Below are positions 22,154-35,204 of a stretch of 64,000 nt of DNA, in pieces. The position numbers were made by a program, and so were the translations under genes. The DNA lies in the NCBI RefSeq assembly GCF_004010195.1, contig NC_057718.1, positions 64,083,110 to 64,147,109 of the forward strand. The letters are read 5' to 3'. This DNA comes from Chiloscyllium plagiosum (lineage: Eukaryota). The notes below the pieces were generated by a model. The model saw only the letters and a program-made list of their open reading frames with translations. It did not search any database and was not told the origin of the DNA. Every line of letters starts with the position of its first letter. Position 1 is the stretch's first letter.

Positions 22154-23044
22154 TTACCTGGAGCTGTGGGCCAGTGGGTACCTCTTGGTTCTCACCGGGT
22201 GGGGGGAGGCCTTTACCCATCCCCTCAGAGGGATCGTCTTTTCCTGCTTGGGTGGTGCTGCCCTCCTTTTTCCCCGCGGCGCTCTGTCTCTTCCTCTGGT
22301 GACCACCCTCCTTGCGTCCGTCCTCACCGTCGGAAGAGCTGCCTGTATCCTCGTCGTGTAGGTGTCGCTTCCCCCTTCGCTGGGTGGCTTTGGGCGGTTT
22401 CCTCTTCCTGCTTTTGACAGTAATCCAATCCTCTGCCTCTTTTGATCCGTCCTCTTCCATTTCCTCCGTCTGTTTGCAGGAGCTTTGATCGGCTGCTGCA
22501 CCTCCCCGCTGTCTGCCGTCTGCTCCGCTACAGCCCGCCCTTCCTTCTGGTTGCCTCCAGACACCGTTCCCATGCTGTTTTGTGGTACCTTGCTGGTCTT
22601 AGGCGATCCACGGCTCGTGTTGCCACCTCCGGCCATCTGTGCGTAGGTGGCGGCCCCTCGTCTTGGGCAGGCCTTGTACATGTGGCCCGCCTCTCCGCAC
22701 AGATTACAGTTCTTGGCCTTCTGACATTCCTTGGTCGGGTGGCCTTCCTGCTTGCAGTTTCGGCAGACGGTCACCTTACAATCCGCCGCCATGTGGCCTG
22801 ACCTCCCGCAGGTTCGGCACACTTTTGGCTGCCCTGCGTATGTCAGGTAACCACTGCTTCCTCCGATGGCAAAGCTGGTGGGTGGGTGGAGGATGTTCCC
22901 ACTGGCGTCGACCCTCAGGGTTACCCTGACCTGTCGTTTGCTGGTCCAGATCCCGAAAGGATTGACCACATCGGTACTCTCTCCCTCGACCTGGACGTAT
23001 CTTCTCAAGAAGGTCAGGATATCTGCTGCTGGGACGTGAGGGTT
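22154..23044 (-). pseudogene. Tx1-like ORF1 (zinc-knuckle protein of the ZCCHC3-like type), partial
   Basis: CRTCGRSGHMAADC, CRNCKQEGHPTKEC and CNLCGEAGHMYKAC, preceded by GIWTSKRQV and LTYAGQPKVC. Confidence 0.85.
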
Positions 23045-23753
23045 TACTTGTGTGCTAGTCCAAACCTAAGATTCATAAACTTAACATTAACTAATAAAGC
23101 GAAGACATGGCTAGAAGAGACTTTATACTTCGACAATGTTGAGAACATGAATGTTGGCATCAAATGGAGAAGTTGAAGTAAGTAATAAGTACACAAGGAA
23201 GAAAGGAACAAATGGAGACTTGGATGAGTTAGGTGGGAGGAAGGTCATGTGGAGCTTGGGCCAGTTGGATGGAGTGACTGGTTTCTTTGCTGTACATTGT
23301 GCATTTTTTTCAAAATTTGACTTCTGTTTTGTATTAAAGCTCAAATGGACAAAATTACTACCAATGAATGTATAATATCACTGCACATCGAATAATGTTC
23401 AGTCCACACAAAGTTAGGGAAAGCTCAATGTTGTTGTACAATTCTTTTACATTCATAGTCTAGTCGTCCTTAATCTTTAACATGTATTAAAGGAACTAAG
23501 ATGCAGAAAGAATGAACTAATTCCCAATAATTTACATGAAAGTTTGCGTATTTGTCGTCTTGTGTAACACATGATATAAATAACCTACATAGGACTGTTG
23601 GATGTGGTTAACACTATTGTTCACATATATGTTTCAGTAATGGCACTGTTAGCAATGACATTTATGTTACATTAAGTAATTTGTGTGTCTGGGTGCTGTG
23701 GGTACGGGTCCTGAAAAGGTAAACAGTATAATGTAAGCGGTTTGATTACTTAC

Positions 23754-23811
23754 AAAATCTTGAATGCTGGGCTCTTCAAATTCCATGAAGTGGCCACTTC
23801 TCTCCAGCAGT
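23754..23811 (-). CDS. 58-nt coding exon (phase 2/0) of the - strand gene: (R)LLERSGHFMEFEEPSIQDF
   Basis: gaatag acceptor after a T-rich tract, TTT|gtaagt donor, phase-compatible on both sides. Confidence 0.7.
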
Positions 23812-26395
23812 CTATTCAGTTTAGCACCAAACAGTGAAAAACAAATTTGAACAAAAACTGACGTGGTCATAGCTTACTGAACAGATTGTACATATTAATA
23901 TAAATCATAATTTAAAGTCTTCTCATTTTTATTTGCTGAAGATATAATTGTGCCCAATTTTTTCAATTAATGCTCTGATTAATCTGTAGTACCCTACATG
24001 TACAACAATATCTGCTGACTTCATATTGTCAATGCATAAAGCAATGTATGGTGAAATTTGTTCCCAATATTTATTATTGCTTGGCATAATGCTCAAACAA
24101 ATTGTGCCATCCACTGTCTCCTTCAGTTTAAACTTGCAGTTAGTCTTTTAATCTATAGCATTTCTAAATTTAGTGCAATTTGATCTAAATTGAAACCAAA
24201 TTAAATCGAACCTGTGATGAGTAAACATCTACCTATCTCCATAAATTTGGTACAGACTTGGAAAGGGGAAACTAAAAGTATCTCTTGCATCGACATTGGA
24301 ATGCACAAATGTTTACTTTGAAACGACAGCTTGAATTTGTATCTTGTCTTTAATTTTTTACTCATTCAGGGATGTGGGCTTTGTTGACTTGGCTAGCATT
24401 TATTGCCCATCCCTAATTTCCTTTCAGAAGGTTGTGGTGAGCTGTCTTCTTGAACTGCCGCAGCCCATTTGGTGTTGGTACACTGACAATGCCGTCAGGG
24501 AGGGAATAGTTCCAGAACTTTGATCCAACGACTTTAATATAATAAATTTACCAAGATGCTTCAAAGGAGTCTATTCAAGCATAAGTGAACTCAACACCAT
24601 AGTACCATCATTAGGACATTATGGTTAAAAGTATAGTTAGAAGTATTGCAATGGTAAGATTCAGAATTTCTGTCTTTTTCCACTTGGGGATGCTTTTAAG
24701 GAAGTTGTTACTTGACTAGAATGCAAAGGCTTTACACAGCAGTTTACAGAATGAATTCTAGCGCTATAAAATTGGACTAAGGTGGCAGATGATTCATCAA
24801 TTTCAAACATGTTGTCATAGAACAGGAAGATATCCTCTTGTGCTCCAAATTCCTCAACTTGGTATGTTCCCGATATTTTGCAACAATATAGAACGAAAGG
24901 TTTGAAGCTAAGGCCAGGCACATACACAAAAGAAAGTTTGGAGCATTAAATAATTTAGAGCAGCATTAATGAAGAACCTGAGACCTAGTTCTCTGTTCTG
25001 TTGATTCTTGTGCAGGAAACAGATCTGTGGCTATTTCAAGGAAAATATGCTAAAAAGTATTATTGTTTCTGAATAATGTTTATAAAGTGTACTTTATTTG
25101 AAGAGTAGACCCACTGTATCGTAGACAGTGAAATAAAGGAGATCCGATACTGCCTGAACTGCTGTGCTCTTCCAGCACCACTAATCCAGAATCTGGTTTC
25201 CAGCATCTGCAGTCATTGTTTTTACCCCTTGGAAATGTAATTGGTAATCTGTATGATGGTAATGTAAGATATACAAGATAACTCTATTCTTAAACCCCAA
25301 CAACTTGCCTACAATTACAAATGATTTGTTACGGGCTTTTTTTGCACATTTCCTTCACACCACACCATTCCCTTCCTGTTGTCATGGCAATGCTGCTTCC
25401 TATTGAGCTTTGATCTGTGAATGGGGAAATGGCCATCATATAGTACTTTATTTATGTATCCAAAATTCATCTGTGAACCTTGGCCGTGGGTGCTAGCAGT
25501 ATGTCCAGCTGTGGTGGACATCATATGATCCTAACCTGGCATTTAGGCAGGCACATTTCAGCAGTAGTAATATGAATTATTTTCTGCATTTTGATTTTAA
25601 AAGATAGTTGAAATCTCAAAGAAAAATTGCATTTAGTGTACAAGCCCATTCCTTCTGGTAACTAGATGAGTGAGCAAATGGAACTGCTGCCACACAATTA
25701 AAGATCTCCAAACATATGTAGCTGAAATGAATAAATTTACATTAAGAGGTGAGATGGTGAGCTTAATTCACATGAACAAAGCTCACATTTACATTTCAGT
25801 CAGTAGAACAAACTTTCTGCTTTATTGTCATTTCCATGTCCATTTTAACTGATAAAGGGGAATGGGAAAATGACCTTGGCTTTAATTGTTACAACAAAGG
25901 GCACATTTCTCCTTTAAAGCAAAACAACTCCCTCAGCCTATTTCAAATGCAAATAAAGGCAGAATTGAATTGGTAGCTGACTTTCTCTCGCAGACGGCAG
26001 GATTCTGTTTTACTGTGACCTATTTATTCATGTGACTAAAAGAATTTACAGTTCAAATTTCAGATCAAGTACTGCAGCTCATGATTCCAGAGCATGAACT
26101 GTATCAACACTCTCTTTAGTCTTTCAGAATCCACTGACATACAGACAGTGTCTGGTGCTAATACACTGACACTGTTATACAAATTCTCAATAAAAGCAAA
26201 GCAAATGCCTGTAAGTCATTTAATATCAGAACACGTTATGACAGGTTTATGCATTTTCCTATTTATTTTCTAATTTCCACTCAGTAACCTTCTCAGTCAA
26301 TTTTGTTTTAATTCCATAAAAGAACAAGGGAAAAGAGCAATACAAAAATTAAAGGCCTACTATGTAATTTGAATTTAAAAAACACAAAGACTTAC

Positions 26396-26505
26396 CGTTG
26401 GGCTTCCACCATGTTAGCAAAAGAGCGCCTATACATCTGGTATAGCTTGTCAAGATGCACTTCGATGTGGTGAGGATTCTCCTGCGCCATTTTAAGGGTT
26501 TTCAT
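26396..26505 (-). CDS. Coding exon of the - strand gene: MKTLKMAQENPHHIEVHLDKLYQMYRRSFANMVEAQ
   Basis: ttgttag acceptor, CG|gtaagt donor, only one open frame, higher GC than the flanks; possible start ATGs at 26505 and 26490 (AAAATGG context). Confidence 0.75.
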
Positions 26506-26999
26506 CTAACAATTTGAAGAATCAAAGTAAGCATTAGGAAATAAGAACAAACTTGCATGTTAAGTGTATTTGTAATTTTTTTTGAAATGCCATTGAAGCA
26601 ATCCATTAAAATAGTTGCCTTGCCTATGTGGATTAAAAGGTGAAATTTCATCAAGGGTTTGGGCATTGTTGCTGATTTCCATGTGGTTCTTTCAGTGTGA
26701 ATCATTGAAGAGGTCAGAAATGGAAATTCAGGCTAATATGCCTATATGTTGCTCAGGAATAGGCAGGCTATTTATAGTTGCTGTATTGCATCTAAAGCTG
26801 AGATGGGCCAACTCAAAAGAAGTTTGAGATGAAATCCTGGGGCAGCCTACTATTATATGGTGTATAACACAAATGATGTGTCAAAATACTAAAGCGCAAA
26901 GCTTCTTTTTCCATGAATCCAGGAATTGTGATTAGGAATTGTGATGTATATACTCGTGAATGTGTTAAAAGCTTAAACAGAGTCATGTAGTTAGAATTT

Positions 27000-28015
27000 T
27001 CATTCAGGGAGGTGGGCTTTGGTGGTATTTATTGTCCATCCCGAGCTGCCCGAGAGAAGGTGATGCTGAGCTACCCACTTGGTAGCTCATTTGGTGTAGG
27101 TAGGTCAGCAATACTTTCAGCATTTTGATCCAGTGACTATGGAACAGTGATATATTTTTCAAGTCAGGATGGTGAGTGGCTTGCAGGTTATAGAGTTCCC
27201 ATGTATCTGCTGCCTTTATCCTTCTAGATGGGTTGAAAGGTGCTGTCTCGAGGGCCTGGGTGAATTTCTGAGGGAGTTAATGTTTGTGAATACAGTGCCA
27301 ATGAAGCAGGTTGCTTTTTGTTGAATGGTGACAACCTTATTGAGTGTTGGTAGAGCTGTATCTATCCAAGCAAGTGTAAAATGTTCAGCGATACTCCTCA
27401 TTTATGTCTAATAGATGGTGGGCAGGCTTGGGGAGTCACTACAAGATTTTTAGTCTCTGACCTGCTCTTGTAGCCAGCATATTTATACGGCAAATGCAGT
27501 TCAAGTTCTAATCAATACCAATCGCTGGGATGTTGATAATGGATGATTCAGCAATGGTAATCCCATTGAATGTCAAGGGCAATGATTAGATCCCTTTTTT
27601 GGGAGATGACCATTGCCTGAGACTTGTATGGCATGAATGTTATTTGTCACTAGTCAGCTCAAGCCTGGATGTTGCACAGGTCTTGCTGAGTTTGGACATA
27701 GATTCCTTCAGTATCTGAGGAATCATGAATGGTGCTGAACATTGTGCAATCATTGGCAAACATGCCCACTTCTAACCATAGGATGGAGGGAAGGTCATTG
27801 GTGAACCAGTTGAAGATGGTTATGCCTATGACACTACCCTGAGGAACTCCTGCAGAACTGTCCTGGAGTGAAGATGACTGATCTCAAACAACCACAACTA
27901 CCTTTCTTTGTGCCAGATATGATTTCAACCAATGAAGAGATTTACCCTTGATTCGAATTTTTTTCCAGTTTTGTTATGGCACCTTGATGCCATAATTTGT
28001 CAAATGCTGCCACTC
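27000..28015 (-). mobile_element. Degenerate LINE, 3' part
   Basis: RT-derived remnants (- strand gtagtgtcatagg, tgtttgccaatgattgcac) and the same 3' end as 9280-9750. Confidence 0.65.
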
Positions 28016-28362
28016 CCACAGTAAATCCAGCACAGGACCAGAATAAATTCCACAACATTACAACAATGCATGAGGGAAACTGCAGTGGAGATTCTAGCCC
28101 ATTGTTCATGTTAAAAATATGGGCTAGAATTCCTTTGAAAGGCATTTATGACATGTCCAATTTTTAGTGTGTAAGATTAAACACCCAATTTGTGGGGAAG
28201 AATATAAATCATTTTAGTGGACTTCTACCATAAATTGTGGCATGTTCTGCACCATTCTTCCATTAGCATTGCAAAGACGGGAATGTGCAGTCAATCTCTG
28301 TGTGACGCACATGTCTCTGTTGGATTTTCACTGTAACTAGGAGTAATTTGACCACACGTTTA

Positions 28363-28557
28363 GGTGAAAGTGAGGTCTGCAGATGCTGGAGATCAGAGTC
28401 GAAAGAGTGTGGCGCTGGAAAAGCACAGCAGGTCAGGCAGCATCCGAGCAACAGGAGAATCAATGTTTTTGATTCATTCCTGATGAAGAGCTTATGTCAA
28501 AAATGTCGATTCTCCTGCTTCTCAGATGCTGCCTGACCAGTTATGCTTTTCCAGCAC
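28363..28557. mobile_element. Fold-back Penelope-derived short element with a degenerate hammerhead core
   Basis: gctggaaaagcacagcaggtcaggcagcatc … gatgctgcctgacc…gcttttccagc inverted arms; CTGATGA at 28480. Confidence 0.7.
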
Positions 28558-31500
28558 AACAAGTTGGGATTGCTCTTGCATGCGATATGATTCCTGTTAA
28601 CAGGGTGATATATGGTCCTGACATATCACTGGACATTTTGGAAATGCAGGAAGAGAACAATGGAAACATTAGATTCTCACTCCCAGAGACTGCAATAACT
28701 CTAAATTTTTTTTCAAATGCTCAGCTGTCATTTTCTCTCTTTCTTAATTTAGGCTTCCTTGCCAACTCTCTTTGTCTTTCTGTATTATTGAATAATTGTA
28801 TTATTGACCCAGGTCCCAAAAGTCTTGCTTATCTTTTACCAATTTGTACTCCCAATGAATGCCACGAAAACCAGGTAAACCAATGAAATGAAGTTATGAA
28901 GGAAACAAGCTTGGTTTTCCAGCTTAATAGTCACATTCATAATTAACTATCATAAACTAAACTGCTGAACTCCAGCAAGCCACAACTGCCAGAAACATGC
29001 AGATTATTTGAATACATTCAGCGCATTAAAAATCCTGAAACTGGGGATTGAAACTATATTTTCCCTGTATTTAATTCAGTGTCCAGCCCCTGAGAGTAGA
29101 ACATAATGGGCCAACAAAAAAGGCGGACCAAAAATTGCTCGTGGAAATTCGGTAAAAGGATATAGAGTGGCATGGGGCTACTGGGACGATGGGGACAAGT
29201 GGAGGGGCTTAGGTTGTCATGGTCGGTGGGGATGGGGGGGGGGCATGTGACAGCTGTGAGGGGGGTTTTAGAGGATCTTTCCTGTTTTACTGCCATTATG
29301 ATGACAGCAATGAGCTCCAATAGCATAAAGACCTTTAAACAGACCCATTTCCACATCTACCTGCCCCTGCTCCTGCCTCTCAATTTTCTTGGGCGTGGTG
29401 GACTAGACTCCAGCATGGAACAACACCTCCAAATGAAAATATCACCTTTTGTAGGCATCCCCCCTCATCCCCACCCCAAACAAGGTGGACAGGTCATACC
29501 AAGAAATGCTCACTGACCTATCCAGTAGAGGCACCTGACCCGAAGATTAAGCCCCTCTTTAAGCTTCCCCACACCTCTAAAACTTAGCTGTGTGTGACTT
29601 CACTCCTGATCCATTCCCTGTGGCCTTTCAGCAAGCTCATACAAAACGCCTAGGTTTGAATGAAGTCCAGGATCCCTAACACTTGTTTTCACGAAACTAC
29701 TTTTAGTGATAGCTAAAATCAAGTGCTGCTGGGGATTACTGACAGGTTCTCTCAGGTGGAACTCAGGTGGATGAGGGTACAAGTCCCACTCTGACTTAAT
29801 TAAAGCTACCCCAGCACAATATCACTGCAGGGGTGGCTAGGTTTCAGCAGGAGGGGGGGGAGAAGGGGAATGCTGACCATCCAGTTTTCAGTGAATGCTG
29901 GGGGGACCGGTGAATGGAGTCAGGGAATAGTTTCCTCTGTGCAAGAAAGCAGGACATACATTTGGGAAGCAGCAGTATATTCTATGATTTTGCAGAGAAT
30001 TGGAAAGATAGTGATTGGCAGGTAATTTGAAAAGGCAGAGAGAGTCAAAAAGGTGCACAAAGGTGCTTTTTGAGGAGGCAGTTGATGACAATGGGGGGGG
30101 GATATAACACCTGAGAAGAGGAAAACATGAACAATATCAGCTAACATGGGGCACAAGGAGGTTAAGTTGGGCAGTCAGGAGTTCTGTGGGAATAAAGTCA
30201 AGGAAATAGAACTTCTCATCAGTACCTATGGTATAGGAATGAGGAAGAGCTGTCTGGCATGGCTGATCATAAGTGTATATGACATAACTAACAGCCGATT
30301 TGTAAAGATCTGGCACCTTGTCATGCAGTTCTGATAAAACTGCCAAGTTCAGACTGCTGTCTCATTAAAAAAACAAAGTGATGGAGAAATTCAGCAGTTC
30401 TAGCAGCATCTGTGGAGTGAGAAACAGAGTTTACATTTCGAGTCTGAGTTGACTTCTTCAAAATTGCTTTCATTAATATCTGAATGCCTTAATTTTGTTG
30501 CAGCATTGTAACTCACTGAAAATGTTATGCACCAGTATATTCAATTCAATTTGATATTTGTATCTAAAATAACTATCAGAATTGGCAATAAAGTTTGAAT
30601 TGAACTGAATAGAATTGAGAAGCCATTCCAGAGCACTGGGATCATTCGCTATCACCTCCCGTTCTACATGTCTGTCAATTCCACTGGTAGGTTAGTGATA
30701 TAAGATAAGTATCTATTCCTGGAGACAAAAGGTACATACCTAACACCATACCTACACCTGTTAAGACAAATGAGACGATTGAAACATGCGTCCATACCTA
30801 TCTATAGACTGACAGGGATCAGATTCATCTTTCTCAGAAGTATCAGATTACCAGGATTTCAAAGCATGCATAATTAGCTACTGGTAGACTGACAGGGATC
30901 AGATGCATTGTTGGAAACTTCCTAAACCTAACAAATGTCTTGAGACTTTCAAAATGCCATGCGACTGCCATTGGTAGATTGATGGGATTTGAATCGTTCC
31001 CCACTTAGACCACTGAGTGTGTAACATAACATTTGTAAGTAACTCCTGTCATTATTGCTAGAGCTACAGTCACAGACATCTTCCCATTAACTACAACAAC
31101 AGGATATTTTTAAAATGGAATTAATGGGAAATAATACTGTGAATGCATAGTATCAGGTGTGACACAGCCTGGCCAGATGTTCACACACTGGACTTCTCAG
31201 AAAATACCAATAGGCACCATTCAGAAATGTCCACATCGATGACTGCTCTCTTTCTAACCTAAAGACATTGAGGCAAAATGTTATATTTGAGCTGTAACCA
31301 CTGGCAAGATTACTTTACTTATCACAGACTGAGAATCAAACCTGGTATTTTTGTATTCTGTATGCATCATTGTGATACCATGCAATGCATTTACCCATTT
31401 AAACAACTAAGGAGTGTGACAAAGTAATTTCAGTCCCGCACATCATCCATCTATAACGAAAGCAGGTATTTAACCATTACAGTATTTTTGCAATAAGATC

Positions 31501-31577
31501 TCTGCAATTATTGGAAATCAGACATGTTGTAACTAATGAACCAAAGCCCTATATCAGATAGGTACTATATTAGATTT

Positions 31578-31726
31578 GATGTGGAGGAGGTGGGGTTGGA
31601 CTGGGCAAAGCTAAAAATCACACAACACCAGGTTATAGTCCAACAGGTTTATTTGGAAGCACTAGCTTTTGGAGCACTGCTCCTTCGTCAGGTCTAAACA
31701 AATAACATGTTGGACTATAAGCTGGT
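31578..31726. mobile_element. Fold-back Penelope-derived short element
   Basis: ccaggttatagtccaaca … tgttggactataagctgg arms around a gctccttcgtcagg hammerhead remnant. Confidence 0.65.
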
Positions 31727-32805
31727 CATAGAGTCATAGAGATGTACAGCATGGAAACAGACCCTTCTGCCCAACTTGTCCATGCCGACCAGATATCCCA
31801 ACACAATCTAGTCCCACCTGCCAGCACCTGCTCCATATCCTTCCAAACCCTTCCTATTCATATACCCATCCAGGCGCATTTTCAATGTTGCAATTGTACT
31901 AGCCTCCACCACTTCATCTGGCAGCTCATTCCATACACTTACCACCTCTGCATGAAAACGTTGCTTCTTAGGTCTCTTTTATATCTTTCCCCTCTAGTTC
32001 TGGATGACTCCACCCCAGGGAAGATACTTTGTCTATTTATCCTATCCATGCCCCTCATGATTTTATAAACCTCTATAAGGTCACCCCATAGCCTCCCATG
32101 TTCCAGGGAAAACAGCCCCAGCCTATTCAACCTCTCCCTACAGCTCAAATCCTCCAACGCTGGCAACATCCTTATAAATCTTTTCTGAACCCTTTCAAGT
32201 TTCACAACATCTTTCCGAGACCAGAATTGCATACAATATTCCAAAAGTGGCCTAACCAATGTCCTGTACAGCCGCAACATGACCTCCCACCTCCTGTACT
32301 CAATACTCTGACCAATAAAGAAAAGTATACCAAACGTCTTCTTCACTATCCTATCTACCTGTGACTGCACTTCAAGGAGCTATGAACCTGCAACACTCCC
32401 TACGACCTTACCATTATATGTATCAGTCCTGCTAAGATTTGCTTTCCCAAAATGCAGCATCTCGCATTTATCTAAATTAAACTCCCTCTGCCACTTCCCA
32501 GTCCATTGGCCCATCTGATCAAGATCCCATTGTAATCTGAGGTAACCTTCTTCGATGTCCATTACACCTCCAATTTTGGTGTCAGCTGCAAACTTACTAA
32601 TTATACCTGTTATGCTCACATCCAAATCATCTTTACCTGACATATGCTTCCATCTTTTTCTTAACCAAATCCTCAATTTCTTTGGTCATCCAGCATTCCC
32701 TACAACTACTAGCCTTTCCTTTCACCCTAACAGGAATATATTGTCTCTGGACTCTCGTTATCTCATTTCTGAAGGCTTCCCATTTTCCAGCCATCCCTTT
32801 ACCTG
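31727..32805 (-). mobile_element. CR1/HER1 LINE, internally deleted
   Basis: ORFs 31939-32370, 32380-32676 and 32633-32869 carry ISKFAADTKIGG, RPLLEYCMQFWS and KLERVQKRF. Confidence 0.9.
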
Positions 32806-33290
32806 ATGTTGTGTGATTTTTAACCATATTAGATAGGTAGCACCCATTGCTAAGTATTTGTCCTGGCATTTACTACAGGGAGGAAATGTGAAAGAAAGAT
32901 TTCTTGGGTGATTAACGCTTGAATAAATGATTCAGGATACAAACTGAATAATAAACAGAAATTCTTCTAAACAGCATTCAATTTGAATTCCATAAAACTA
33001 AGAAAGTGATGGTGCAAGTATAATATGAAGTACCATAATCCTAAGCCGGTGGATATGATCCGTAAGATACAAAGCACAAATCCTCCATTTGGTTTATTGG
33101 AAAATGAATGTCAAAGCATAATGTGAAGTCAGCAGTAATAAAAATTACTTCTTTTATTAAGTTACTCAGTTCTGAGGAAGCGTCACTGGACCCAAAACTT
33201 TCTTTGATTTCTCTCCACAGATGGGTTTTTCCAGCAATTTTTGTTTTTATTGTTGATAAAAATTAATTTGACTTGCAATGTTATTTTCTG

Positions 33291-34096
33291 TGTCTGTTCA
33301 TAGCAGTACTGTTATTATTGTCTCATGTGTTAACATTGGAACTTTTGCTCTTTTCCTCTCCATCTCTCTTTAATATACTGAGGTATGATTCCAAAGGGAA
33401 ATAGGTACCTTCCAAAATGTCCATTTTTAACAATGCAAGGGTAATAGTATTCAACATATCTAAGCCAGACTCTGTTTTCACCAAAAGTCCTCTATCAGAA
33501 TTAGCAATCCTGGGAGCTTTTAATGATTCCTAGCCCAGGAGATGTTGGTAGCAATGCTTCCAACTGTTGCTTTAGCGGAGATCAACTCACTTACTAAAGA
33601 CCAGTAAACTGAATCTGCTACCTTCTCAGGATGGCTTAGTACTTCTTCAGTTGTGATTCTGACTCACCAGACTACCAGGGGAGACTTAGTAATTAAGGTA
33701 CACCGTAAGTCTAATTATAGCAAAACCATCAAACCTCAGGATTGTTGCCCACTGCCCACACTCTTCCCATCTGATCCAAATCCAACTTCCCTGCCTGTTG
33801 CTCAGTATTTGGACATGGTAAAAGATGAAAGCTTATCACCAGAACTGGGTTACATAGATTTGGAGATCGCTAATTCTGATAGAGGACATTTGGTGAAAAC
33901 AGAATCTGGCTTAGATATGTTGAATACTATTACCCTTCCATTGTTAAAAATGGACATTTTGGGAGGTACCTATTTCCCTTTGGAATCATACCTCAGTATA
34001 TTAAAAAGAGATGGAGAGGAAAAGAGCAAAAGTATCAATGTTAACACATGAGACAATAATAACAATACCGCTATGAACAGGCATGGGTTACATAGA
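33291..34096. repeat. Inverted duplication of about 218 bp (33291-33509 and 33865-34083)
   Basis: Arms are near-identical reverse complements; second arm flanked by direct repeat TGGGTTACATAGA. Confidence 0.92.
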
Positions 34097-34405
34097 AGTT
34101 ACAGGAGATTGACTTTCTTTTATCCTCTCTAGGTCTCATTATGGTTCGGAGAAGGTTAAAGTTTTGTCCTCAGGGAGGAGAGGATTTATCTGGCGCCTGT
34201 CTCCAAACAAGTGCCAGACATCAGAAAACGCATTTGCAAGTGTAGGTGATCTAAGTGGCATTCTTAATGTAAATGCAGTTTCCCTTGTAATTTACACTAA
34301 GGTGTTCCTGAATACTCTTGAAACTGATTAACTGTTTCAGTTTCAATGTCCAAGGGTCAGTTTCATAACGTTAGCTCATTAGTTGACTGCACCTATAATT
34401 TTTTT

Positions 34406-34586
34406 GACTTGGAGATGCCGGTGTTGGACTGGGGTGGACAAAGTTAAAAATCACACAACATCGGGTTATAGTCCAACAAGTTTATTTGAAAGTGCTAGCT
34501 TACACTGAAGGAGCGGCGCTCCAAAAGCTAGTGCTTCCAAATCAACCTGTTGGACTATAACCTGGTGTTGTGTGATTTATAACTTT
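34406..34586. mobile_element. Fold-back Penelope-derived short element
   Basis: aaagttaaaaatcacacaac…gtccaaca and tgttggactataacctggtgttgtgtgatttataacttt arms; central ggagcggcgctcc stem. Confidence 0.75.
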
Positions 34587-35192
34587 TTTGGTTGTATTCC
34601 CCTACTTCAATCGATGTGTAGTTATTAATTTCTCCACAATGCTTTCTCACTGCTAAACATTTTGTTTCTTGGCAATCAGCCAATGTTTATGGTTGTAACA
34701 GTTTTCAGCAAATAATTTGGTGCCCAGTATTGTGATTGTCTCCATTAGATTCCCCTCCATTCTGAATACTGCCAGAGCTCAGCTGTTCTCCATCCCAAAC
34801 CCTTCTGCGCTTGTGGCATGTTTTCCCACTTAATCCCACGCACTCACTCCAACCCTAATCATCAGCCTTAAACTCTCGCAATTACCCTTGTGACAACATC
34901 GCACTACCGTCTTAGCTCCAGCTCACCTCCCATCCTCCAAAATATCACAGATGTGTAAGAAAAAGTGACAGATAGATATTGATTACATATCATATGTTCA
35001 TATCATTTGAATATATGTTCAAAAGAGACAATTAAGACATTTGAAGTCAGCGGAGGATTGGGGATAGTCACAGAAAATAATATAAAACAATGTTTGTCAT
35101 TATGACAAATTCCAGAATGAGAAAGTGTGACAGCTATTAAATGTGAGAAAGAGTGAAAGTGAGACAATGAGTACAAATAAATGATAGTGCAT

Positions 35193-35204
35193 GAGAGAGA
35201 GGGG

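Larger units (their letters stand above)
18448..23044 (-). mobile_element. Tx1/L1-clade non-LTR retrotransposon, 5'-truncated, endonuclease largely deleted
   Basis: ORF1 with three CCHC knuckles; RT with NWRPISLLN, SLDQEKAFDRI, GVRQGC and YMDD; C-terminal CPR..C…ETVTHLLLEC zinc finger; AATAAA and short A tail at 18448-18469. Confidence 0.92.

Noticed and set aside
22154..23044. Domesticated ZCCHC3-like host gene
   Set aside because: 5'-truncated, frameshifted, and contiguous with RT and a poly(A) tail, so it is a LINE ORF1
24661..24908. Alternative phase-2 terminal exon for the - strand gene (FKPFVLYCC…KRQKF*)
   Set aside because: Has an acceptor and an open frame, but the four-exon downstream chain with consensus donors is better supported; not excluded as a minor isoform
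18034..26505. Spc19-, Spc34- or Dad3-like identity for the - strand gene
   Set aside because: Short recalled motif matches (HF….EP.I, Y.R…NM) are mutually inconsistent and need gaps, as expected for chance helical similarity
30805..30995. CRISPR-like repeat-spacer array
   Set aside because: Only 2-3 degenerate units, eukaryotic context and no cas genes
33653..34051. 132-aa ORF
   Set aside because: Runs across the junction of the inverted duplication; no recognisable domain
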